A stretch of DNA of 62,401 nt, the filler included, from Choristocarpus tenellus KU-1152 (lineage: Eukaryota; Protista; Phaeophyceae): NCBI GenBank assembly GCA_964200185.2. It is 12 parts of 12 records of this genome, joined end to end, with 100 filler letters (N's around TTAATTAATTAA, not from the genome) between each part and the next. Parts side by side here need not be neighbours in the genome. Positions count along the whole stretch, not along the records: positions 20,079 to 27,503 come from CAXNAD020006180.1; positions 27,604 to 30,667 come from CAXNAD020022575.1; positions 30,768 to 36,827 come from CAXNAD020009043.1; 9 more parts are not named here. One strand, given 5' to 3'. The notes under the pieces were generated by a model. The model had not been told where the DNA came from. It did no database searches and saw only the letters and a program-made list of their open reading frames with translations. Below are positions 26,441-36,927 of this stretch, piece after piece (within the stretch, counting starts at the first letter, position 1; each line of letters begins with the position of its first letter). The translations under genes and the position numbers were made by a program.

Positions 26441-28621
26441 TCGGGCCTAGGTTAGCCCCCTGGAACGGGATCCTGTCGTCCCAGGGTCAATAGGATGACC
26501 AGTCGTACCCCGGTTGCCACCTCAGCCAGCCTTTTTATGCTCCCCGCGGTCAGAGCGCTCCCGGGCTCTCCGCGATCTCCTACTTCTCGTTGGAGTGAGA
26601 AGTAGCGCGAACGAGCAGCTTGTTGTATTGTAGCTCTCGAACGCTGGCCTTGGTGATCTCTTCTTCATCCACAGCTTATTTCTAAATGAAATCTATATCA
26701 CCCACTCTGATGATTTTCTTCTTACCCCGAGTGAGACCCATCAGAAGCCATGAGTGATGCAATACCTAATTCAAAAACCAGTCCAGCTGCGCCTCCCCTG
26801 GCCAGAGTGTGTGTTAAGCGTTTAAGCGTGTTGAAAATCTTGGCGCACGTAAGGCTCATCGCCGAAAGCTAGCAGTTGAATTACATGGTAAAGCATACAC
26901 TGAATTATTATTTTTCTGCAAGGTATTGTCCACTTGATGCCATTGTCCCACTCACTATACCATTTGTAACATCCCACTAACTCACCATAACATACCGCTG
27001 TGTACGTTACTACCTTGTATTGTACTAACTAAAGATCAACGTACATATAAGCTATGTTGTTTACTTGGATCAGCACAGATAATGTAAGGATAACACTAGG
27101 TTATTCGACACGCACTTACGGCACTTGTGGATTGTGTAGAAAGGCGACCCGGTGTGTTTGAAGGCATCTTGCAGAGGTTTCCCGNNNNNNNNNNCCTACC
27201 AGCAACGTACTGTACTGTTGTATGGTAGCATGTCCCAGGAAGAAGGGCACTTTTCGCGAGAAATTTTCCGCGCGCGCCAAACTCGCGTGAATATCTCTGG
27301 GAATTTGTGCCAAATCGCCCGAATACGAGAGTTCCGGTACAAAATACTATTGTTGAAAAAACGGTACAAAATTGAATATTTTTTATTTGGTTCATAATAT
27401 TTGGCCCAAAATAGGGTAACCCACTGTAAAGAAATCCCCTTACTATGTTGTACAGTACCTACACCGATTTTCTTCACCCATGGGTATGCCCTAAAAAAGC
27501 GGCNNNNNNNNNNNNNNNNNNNNNNNNNNNNNNNNNNNNNNNNNNNNTTAATTAATTAANNNNNNNNNNNNNNNNNNNNNNNNNNNNNNNNNNNNNNNNN
27601 NNNAGCTGCTACCCCCCCCCCAGATACTTTGAGCCACATTTCTCCAATATATAATAGGCTGATGCCTAGCGATTAAGCCCATTCCAGCCTTTTACTCTAT
27701 ATTTCTGCCGGTTAAGTGGTTGCAAATGAAAAAGTCATTATTATGATTGTATTGTACCATGTTATATCTAGCAGTATCTGCTCAGTTGTGTCCAGGTCAC
27801 CCTAACATATGTTGTTCTCAGACCTCTTCACCATTATTTGCTGTCCTTTCATATTAGAATTAAGAAGCGAGGGGTTACTTCCAAATCCATTACCCTCCCT
27901 TCAATAGCATTAGTTTATTGGTGTAATTATGAGAAGTAAACTTTTGTTAATTCTTTTGTACGCATGTTTACTTCACACACTATTGCAGAGTGACCCCAAA
28001 ATACTTTGCTAAGAAGGCTGTTTTTATGGTTAATGACATGCTCCTATATTTGCTCTCTCTTTCTATATCTATCTATCTGTAAATAGTTCTATGCCCAATG
28101 GCGTTTTGTAGATATCATGGGAGAGAAAAAACGTGCAAGAGAACACAACGAAACAGTTGTAATCCTATCAAATATTGTAAAGAGCAGGACAGGAATAGAG
28201 ATATGAATCATTTTTGAGGTGGGTGTACTATTATTATTGCTTTCTTCACTTTTTGTGAGAACTATCCCAACCCGTGGTCAGAGGTACCACACAATGCAAG
28301 ACTTCTCATAACGCTTTATCTCACTGTCGTTGCACTACAACTAATTGTGCAGCCTTTGTTCAGGCCTTGATTCTTGCGCATTGGGTTCAACCATCCCACT
28401 GCTTGTCACTCCGCCTCCTCCCTCAAATCTTGTGCTAGACCTGGAATGAATTTTTTCTACCTAGTTCTTGGTCTGGCAATTCTGTACTATAGCAACAGAG
28501 AGGGTAGTAGAGGTGTACAATTTGTAGAACTCGCCACATGGACAACTTTGGATAATAGTAACCAGATTTCCATTGAAAGAAATATTGCGTTGCTGGGTTT
28601 GAACATGCAAAGTCCTTGCAG

Positions 28622-28803
28622 GGAATAGCCTCCATTGGCCATTGACTCAAAGGACACTCACCATGAAGCCTGGTCCCCTGTACATCGCTGTGTTGGTACA
28701 TAAGCCGCCTCAAGAGGTCAAGTTGGTGACCTCAGCCCAGGTTACGTTTGAGTCAGACGAGCACACCATGGACTTCATGATGGAGTATGATGAATACATA
28801 TAA
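28622..28803 (+). CDS. Possible terminal exon of an unidentified gene
   Basis: A ttgcag acceptor is followed by an open frame ...TMKPGPLYIAVLVHKPPQEVKLVTSAQVTFESDEHTMDFMMEYDEYI*. No family recognised. Confidence 0.25.
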
Positions 28804-29338
28804 ACTATGGTAAAATGTAATTTTAAACATTCGGGACCATCTAGATAGGAAATGTTAACAAGGTTGTAGATGAATTTCGTTCTAAATATGGATATATATA
28901 TATATATATATATATATTAGGTTTGAGAGTTCCAGCAACCCTTCATTGCCTGCACTCTTATGGGGGAGTGCGCAAAAATAGGACTATCGTAAGGTGTACC
29001 CAGTTTTGTGTATGTGAGATTATGGCATTGGGTTGAGTCCATGTGATGTAACTAAGGAGATAGTTACACACCCAGATTGTGTATGGGGTTTGGTATTGCA
29101 TTTAAACTACCCTGAAATAGCCGTTGGCATACGTCTGAGGCATAAATAATAGTAAAACAAGCAATAAGAAGACACCCCACAGGGCCACTCTTCTTTTCAA
29201 CCATACGATCGTATCCAGCAATGGGAATCGTGTGAGACTCCCATCTCTTTCTTCTCTCTTCTTCCATACTGACACAAACAGCAGTCTAAAACTGCACAGT
29301 GTTCGTATTGGTGAAGATCAGGTTCATGCTATCACTGA

Positions 29339-29799
29339 GACCCAAAGCATTTAAGAGGGTAGGGGTTTTGCCCTGTTTGTCTGTTCGGGGCTTGGCTTCC
29401 CAAGGGTTTTTTATGCCCCTTTTCGGCTTTCTGTGCGAACGTTTCAGATTTCGGAGTAGATAAAATGTATTGGACTATGAAAGGTGTGTCCAGACCAAGG
29501 ATATTGACACTTACTCACAAAGGCTCAAAGTATGTGGGGGGGGTGGCGGCTGTCCAGTTGGGGTCATTTTTTTCATGTCGCGATATGTGAGTGATTTGAT
29601 TGCATAGGTCGGATGGATAATGAAAGTTTTTCACTTTTCCTGGTTTTGTCCCAAATGGACACCCTGGTGGTGTAGACTGCCCCCAGCCCCCCCCCCAGAT
29701 ACTTTGGGTCAAACACGATAGCCAAGATTCATCAAAATCACAACATTGGATTTAAAACTCCGAATGGACTCGGCCCTACCCTCTTAAATGCTTTGACTC
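29339..29799. mobile_element. MITE (3-bp TSD TGA; PIF/Harbinger Tourist-like) carrying a nested MITE
   Basis: tga|GACCCAAAGCATTTAAGAGGGTAGGG ... CCCTACCCTCTTAAATGCTTTGACTC|tga. Confidence 0.85.
29522..29710. mobile_element. Nested MITE (3-bp TSD AAA); same subfamily as 60041-60224 and the partial copies at 47643-47683, 27604-27635 and ~19909-19940
   Basis: aaa|GGCTCAAAGTAT ... ATACTTTGGGTC|aaa. The homologous copy near 9895 shows the empty site (acaaacac). Confidence 0.85.
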
Positions 29800-29811
29800 T
29801 GAAGTACCTAA

Positions 29812-30400
29812 ACCCACCACTATCAAGGAATTTCGATCTGTCCTGGGTATGGTTCATTTTTACGTAAATTTATGCGCAACCTAGCCACAGTTATCGAACC
29901 GTTAGTTCGTCTTACTAAGAAAGTTATCTGTAATATTATTGCTAAAGAATGGGGGTTGGACGAGGATGTGGCATTTCCAAAGTGAAACAGCTACTCATTG
30001 CAGCCCTGGTTCTCGTTTTCCCTGACTTTACCAAAGGGTTTGCTGTCCATATTGATACCAGTGAGAGTGGTGCTAGAGGTTTTTAGTGCAACCCCGACCC
30101 GATAATCCTAATGACCCTAGGCATCATTGCTTTACTTCTGCAAGAAATTTAATGCTCAACGTTACTAATAATCTACATTGAGAGAATATTATGGTGTTGT
30201 TACCGCTATCGCTGATTGACGACTGTATCTCTTTGATAGACACTTTGTCTACATTACAGATCATGCCCCATTGTGCTACATGTATAGAGTACAGGATACC
30301 AGTAACGTGCTTACTCGTTAGGCCATTGCACTTTAAACTTATGATTCCACTGCCAAAACATATATATGCCTCGTAAGCTAAATGTTATACCTAACACTGT
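29812..30400 (+). mobile_element. Ty3/Gypsy RT-connection/RNase H remnant
   Basis: PTTIKEFRSVLGM...EPLVRLTKK...LVFPDFTKGFAVHIDTSESG...IAYF...YITDHAPL, with many stops and frameshifts. Confidence 0.8.
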
Positions 30401-33400
30401 ATCACGTATTTTCAAGTTTGAGGAACAACAACAGGAGAAAATCCTTTGCTCCAATGCTGACATTCATCTGTTGTCGTAATGTACCAAACGGTGATCGTGC
30501 ATTACCACACATGTTCAAAAGGAATATAAGTTATCTGCTTCTAACCTTGACCAAACAATGCCCGTCAAGGTGGTCATGGACTATTTACTAGCTCTACCAC
30601 TCTATACCCTACAGTGGGTTCAGAAGTATTCGCAAGGAACAGTGGATTTTAAAAATTGAGGATGGAGNNNNNNNNNNNNNNNNNNNNNNNNNNNNNNNNN
30701 NNNNNNNNNNNTTAATTAATTAANNNNNNNNNNNNNNNNNNNNNNNNNNNNNNNNNNNNNNNNNNNNAACAGAAAGAGAAATCACCGAAACTCAAGAACC
30801 GCTTTTTGTCGTCTCTAGTATTATTAAGAATACAAATGTCCAACAATTTAAGATTTTGTACTTAAAAAATTGTGGGGTGCCAGTTTTTTTTTTACCTTTT
30901 GGTTTCGGAACATTGGAAACGTAGAAGATCAATTAAGTATGTCCTACTAATACCTTCGGCACGGATTCCCATTCGAAAAGGGGCCCTTAAAAAGTGCTGC
31001 AAACATTTACAAAAAAAACATACGGGCACTTTCCGCGTACCATTTTGGGTCAAACTCATCCTCCATAAAATGCTCCATCCTCAATTTTGCCGAGAGGCTG
31101 TTGTTTAGGGTTATGTGTATGCGCCGTAATATTTTGCGGGAATATAACATGGTGGGCAAATCTAGGTGGCAAGGGTATTTTTGAGTCAACATAGCACAGC
31201 AATGTCAGCGAAATGTAGACACAAGATAGAGAGTTTTCCTAACATAGCTGAGGCGTTTGCATTATTTAATGTTTGGAGTCTATGTGGTCCTTGACAGGAC
31301 CTATGCTCACTCCTTAAGCAAATAACAGAGCTGTAAGCCCCAACGTGGGGTGGAGTCCTTACAAGCCATCATAGATCAGTTCCTGTGGTTGAACTCTCTA
31401 TAGAACACAGAGGGTGTATCTATGGCAATTTAGATCTAGGGGTGAAGTCTGATGTTTAAATATCGTGGAGAGTGGGTGTACTGCAACAGACAATACGAAA
31501 GTGGAGTGAACCTTTTCAAAATATAGATCGGTAGAGGGTGCACTGAGATGTTTGAGTAGAATATGTAGAGCTCGATAGTCTCCAGCTAGCATGTGATGGT
31601 TCAGAGAAGCAGATATCCATTTAGCTTGTGTGTACGTGTGGTGTCGCTACTAATTCGTTCCAGGATTGAAAGGGCAACAAATTTAGTGTTCCTAAGGGTT
31701 CCGAATAATGTGAATTAGGGCGGAGGGTGTAGTGTGATGTTCGAGTAGGGACAGTTGGGCCCCTAGCACTCAATAGTTGAGAGAAGAACACATACACGGT
31801 AAATTTGCGTGGGTGTAAGGTGTCTTGGGTACTACTATTTTTCTGTTCCGTTGAATGATTTTTTCTTGCTTTCTACAGTCTTGCAATAGTATTATCATTG
31901 TCGGTCTACCTGCTTGTGCGGTCAATTTTTGAAGCACCATCACTGCCTCCGGACTTAGTTCAAGAGGTCACTGTACTTGGGCATCGTGGTAGAGACAACC
32001 AATTGATGATGATGTGTGTATGTTGCTGCGTTTGTTTTTGTTGACCTCTCGCATTAACAATCCATTCGTAGTTGAGAGATCAGGACAACCTCTACTAAAA
32101 ACAAAATGCTACCCCCCCTCCCCTGTGTCGTAAACATTGTTATTATTACTAATAGTGATCCTTCTGTATTCCATATTTCCTTCTCCTTCCTGTGAGTTAA
32201 CTCAAATAGTTGTAGATGCACACATGCATTTGGAATTTTGGTGGAATATGAGAAAGTAGGCTGATGTAGGTGATGAAATGTTCTTTGCCACCAATTGTTG
32301 TTAGTGTATGGTGATTGCCTCTTGTTGTTGTTGTTGTAATGTTGTGTCAATACACCTGAAATCAAGTAGTTTGGCATTGTGTATCCCTTCAACAATAACA
32401 CCACTCAGCACCACTGCTGCTGCTGCTATTACTACTACTACTACTGCTACTACCATTGGCACTATTGTAGTGTCATTAATAGTTCTTCCTTACTTCCTAA
32501 CCCATTGCTGTTGTTCTTTTTCTCCTTCTTGTTGTCATTGTTTCCTACAACAACAGTAGCAGCAATATTGTTGTCGATGCTATCTTCGCTGGAGGAGTAC
32601 TTCGTACTTATCATCAGTCGTTTTTATTCTCAAAGTCGCCACTACTACTAGTATTAAACAATAATTATGAAATGAAGATAATTGACTTTGAAGAATTGGG
32701 AGTAATGCTCTTGACAACCACAACAACAACATGAGAAGAAGGTGCGGAGGAGAAAAAGAGGGAGTGCAGGTAACAATTGCGATTTGCGTGCAACTCTCCG
32801 TGTAAGTAGTGGTGGTAGTGAGTAGTCGTAGTAATAGTAGCGGTACACAAAACAACACACGTTTATGCACAGAATTGGGGGTTATGACAAAACAAATAAC
32901 AGGCATCATCATCGTCACTGAGTGAGGTAGGTAGGTGCTTTAAAATGTTAACAGCGCGAGCTCATGTACACATATCATGGTGCCAGATTCAACCTCATTT
33001 CAACGAGATCCCCACCACTGGCAAACTACAACATGTATCAGAAAAATTCAAGATTGGTTCCCTCCGAAAGAACGGAATGGTCTAAGAAATTATATTTCTA
33101 GAAGATTTCACTCTGTGTTTCAATTAATCACTCTGAAATTAAAATGTGATGTTTTAGCACGTTTGATTTGACTTCCTTTGATTCCTATTGCTATGTCATT
33201 TTTCTGCTACTTGATGGACGAGGGAGTCGTTGGGATCAGCATCGATAGCCTTCACGTATTGATGGGAATAGAAACAATATCCCCTTGGCACAACCACCTA
33301 CCACACAGGAATTGCACATAATCCATCAAGTAGTTCACCTAACACTTCTATTCTCATTAATAGCCTTGGCTTAGCTTCGATTCTTCAAAAGCACACCACT

Positions 33401-34617
33401 CATAGGGTGTATGTAACCTATCGCATATCACACAAAGTAAGCAACAAAAAGCTTCAAACTTTTCAAATTATAGTATGCACAACAGAGATGTAAACATGAT
33501 CATTCACAACCAGTATCATCTATGCACGTAGACACAACAACAATATCCCCTTCCCTTTGCTTCAAAATTTTAAAAATCATTGGACCAGGGGGCATCCAGG
33601 CAGGGAACCCCAGTGGCCCCTTGTACATTATATATATACATATGTGATAAGGCTCTCTGGTGCTGATGGACTATTGTTGTTTATGATCACGATATCTGGA
33701 CATGAACTGAGAGTCAGCGTTCCTGGTATTGATATGGGCGATCAATCGTTCAAGTGCTGATGTAGATAATCAGGGTCTGTGATACTGATATGGGTGATCC
33801 GACTCTAGGAAAGCATAAATTAAGCTGTTGATACATAAAAGATCATTGGTCCATATTATCAATGCCATTCACTTTGCTCATGCACGCCTCAGAATGATGC
33901 ACCATTACATTTGTTTCCCTCACTCCTCGCTCTCGATTTCGTTATCAGACACAATCAATTCCAACAAGTTTTGTCGCCTACATATGTATCATACTGGCCA
34001 ACAGGTACATGTTGCTCCAATAGCAAGGAACACCAGAAATGGCTACAAAACGTAATTTTTGTACATGGTGAAAAGGATCTTTGCTCAATCGTGGTGCATA
34101 TATTTTTTGTCAACTTCTCGTCTGCAGTGACTCCGTTTTGGGGGCTTCCACGTTGCATTTATAACATTAAAGTAGCATGTATTACACAGGGGTGGTTAAC
34201 AAAAGGCACATGATGCAAAACAGCCGAAACATGTTAATTTCTCAGTTAGCACAACTCACGTACAATTATACTATACCTTGCAGTATACTCAAGCAGACAA
34301 TATCCTGACTGAGACTTCTTATCACGTACATAAATCATACCTTAGAGAGTTCAAGTAGTGCTCCTACTCAACATCACATTGCAACCCTCTAACCAAACTC
34401 CATACCAGTCAGTCTCTTCCTCGACATCATGCTGCCCTCTCCAGCCTATACACAATTTACCCATCACATGACAAACCCACAAAAATTTCCCATACACAAT
34501 CCTCTCAAGAGAGACTTTAAGGTTAATACTCAAACATGGTAGTGCTCCCTCCTCCCATATACGTTAAACAATCACACTGCACAATTTACGGAACTTGACA
34601 CCAGGGTTATCCTGTCT

Positions 34618-34814
34618 TAAGAGGGGAGTGTTGAGTATTTTGGGACTTCAAGTAGTCTAGAGGGCAACATTGATGCTATGTGTGCAACAAATATTTGGAA
34701 AATACAGCTTCCTCAGTCTGTACACCCCTTCCTCCATGATCCCCATTGTCTATAAATATTGGGTGTATTTCCTGTGCGTGTTCGTTGCCTTAAGAAGTGT
34801 TCATGAAACTCAAA
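34618..34814 (+). mobile_element. Possible LTR fragment preceded by a polypurine tract
   Basis: aagaggggag|TGTTGAG..., internal TATAAATA, end ...aactcaaa. A similar PPT junction occurs near 23238. Confidence 0.3.
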
Positions 34815-35129
34815 TGGAGGAAATATGTAATTGAAGAAAGTGGTAGTACTACAGATTTCATGAAGGTTTAAGCATGCCAACACAATAAACTAGTAAGTGG
34901 ATACTGTCCAGATCAATGGTATGGAACAGCTACCTGAAACAAGTAAGAGGGGTAATTCTAGAAAAGGATGGTACAAACGCAAGATGAAAACTATTAATGA
35001 GAAGCATGCAGAAAAAAAAGGAATACTTCAAGCCAGAAACAGAACAACAATCAATCAAGGAGCAAGCTCTAACCAGCCCCATTCATGGCATCCAACAACA
35101 CTAGAACTCTGTCGTTCTTCCTAAATACC

Positions 35130-35860
35130 AATTTTCCAATTATGCAAACATTCAAACATTTGATCCAAAACAGTTGCTGGAGCTCTATCGGCCACGATAC
35201 CTTGTCCAAGGCCTGGTTGGAGAAGTGCCCGAATGTTATATATACATACATATATACTGGTGTTCAGGAGATCACACCACACCTATAACCATGTGGTTGA
35301 AAACAATATCCAAAGGAAAGGTCTTGCAGTCCAGCCAGTCACACCACCCCATCCACCTCCTGGTTGAAACAATGTCCCCTGGTCAGCTGCAGCAGCCCAC
35401 ATAACCACACCATCCCATTCATCTCCCACTTGAAATGATCTCCAAAGGTTAGTTGCTCCAGCCCAGTTGGCAACACAGCCCCATCTACCGACTGCTTAAC
35501 ACCAAATCTAACAGTCAGCTGCAGAAGCCCAAGAAGTTACACCATCCCATCTACCTCCACATTGAAACAATATCCAGAGGTGAGTTTCTTCAACCTAGCT
35601 GGACACACCGTCCCATGTACCAACCGGTTGACATGATGTCCAAATCTCAGCATATGTAGTCCAGCTGGCCACACCACCCCATTCACCTCCTGGTTGAAAT
35701 TTTCTCCAAACTTCAGCTGCTGCAGCCCTGCTGGGCACACCACTTTGTTTACCTCATGGTTACAATTTCCCCAAAAGTCAGCTGCTGCAGTCCACCTGGA
35801 CACACCATTCCATTCACCTCTTGCTCGAATTATCTTCCAAAGGTCAGCTGCTGCAGCCCA
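35130..35860 (-). pseudogene. Decayed FNIP-type repeat array (~10-11 units, includes the terminal repeat), inverted relative to the adjacent array
   Basis: GLQQLTFGR*FEQEVNGMVCPGGLQQLTFG...WPAGL...FGHFSNQALDKVSWPIELQQL. Contains many Trp->stop/Cys changes, frameshifts and a TA-rich insert near 35240. Confidence 0.85.
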
Positions 35861-36827
35861 CAAGATCACTTCCACTTGCTTGGCTGCGTGTGTAGAATGC
35901 CGGAGTGAACTATCTTTCCACTTGACAGTGTCAGATGCTGCATCACTCCGACTTCTGCAAGGCAATGCACTGGACGGGGCAAGGAGGCACGATTGCGATT
36001 CACTTGTGCCGAATCCACTTTTCTCTGAGCTGACCTGGAAATTAGGGTAGTTGGACTTGTTGGTAGACACGTTTAAGGATATTGAGTGGCAAACGACACT
36101 GCGAAAGTTGTCCTTCGGCCCCTGCTTCAATGAGGTGGTGGATAGGGTGCTATGACCTGAAGGACTCCACCATCTCACATTTGGACAAGAATTCAACCAG
36201 CCCATAGGCAAAGTGGTGTGGCCTACTGATCTGCAACACCTAACCTTTGAATGGAAATTCAACCAGGAGATTAACGAAGTGGTGTGGCCGGCTGGGCTGC
36301 AGGAGCTGATCTTTGGCGTAGAATTTAACCAGGAGATAAAAGAAGTGGTATGGCCGGCTGGTCTGCAGCAGCTGACCTTTGGAAGAGAATTCAACCAGGA
36401 GATCAATAAAGTGGTGTGGCCAGGTGGGCTGCAGCAACTGACCTTTGGAACATTTTTCGACCAGCCCATAGACAAAGTGATGTGGCCGGAGGAACTGCAT
36501 CAGCTGGCCTTTGGGTATTGTTTCAACCGTGAGGTGAATGAGGTGGTGTGGCCAGCTGGGCTGCAGCAGCTGACCTTTGGAACAACTTTTGATCAGGAGG
36601 TGGATGAGGTGTTGTGGCCGGCTGGACTGCAGCAGCTTGTCTTCGGAAGAGAATTCAACCAGGAGTTGAATGAGGTCATATGGCCAGCTGGGCTGCAGCA
36701 GCTGACCTTAGGAGGAGAATTCAACCAGGAGGTGAATGGGGTGGTGTGGCCAGTTGGGCTGCAGCAGCTGACCTTTAAAACATTTTTCAACCAGGAGGTG
36801 GATGAGGTAGTATGGCCACCTGGGCTG
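35861..36827 (+). pseudogene. FNIP (22-aa LRR-like) repeat gene segment; N-terminal part has 2 stops, downstream repeats are intact; truncated by the contig end
   Basis: KITSTCLAACVECRSELSFHLTV...ELTWKLG*...WQTTLRKLSFGPCFNE aligns with the N-terminal region of the 43856-46205 protein. It is followed by an open run of VVWPAGLQQLTFGxxFNQE units (ORF 36213-36827). Confidence 0.85.
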
Positions 36828-36927
36828 NNNNNNNNNNNNNNNNNNNNNNNNNNNNNNNNNNNNNNNNNNNNTTAATTAATTAANNNNNNNNNNNNNNNNN
36901 NNNNNNNNNNNNNNNNNNNNNNNNNNN

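Noticed and set aside
30770-31190. hAT transposase C-terminal remnant (LRMEHFMEDEFDPKWY)
   Set aside because: The resemblance is too short, and there is no catalytic motif or identifiable terminus.
32300-32930. Cys/Tyr/Thr-rich ORFs
   Set aside because: They are translations of (TAC)n/(GTT)n microsatellite-rich sequence.
35537-36475. 312-aa minus-strand ORF as a real gene
   Set aside because: It is mostly the antisense shadow of the plus-strand FNIP repeats, reading through the inversion junction into a few decayed repeats.
36213-36827. TALE-like DNA-binding repeats
   Set aside because: The 22-aa LxxLxFGxxFNQ unit is FNIP/LRR-like, not a 34-aa helical TALE repeat. Nothing supports DNA binding.
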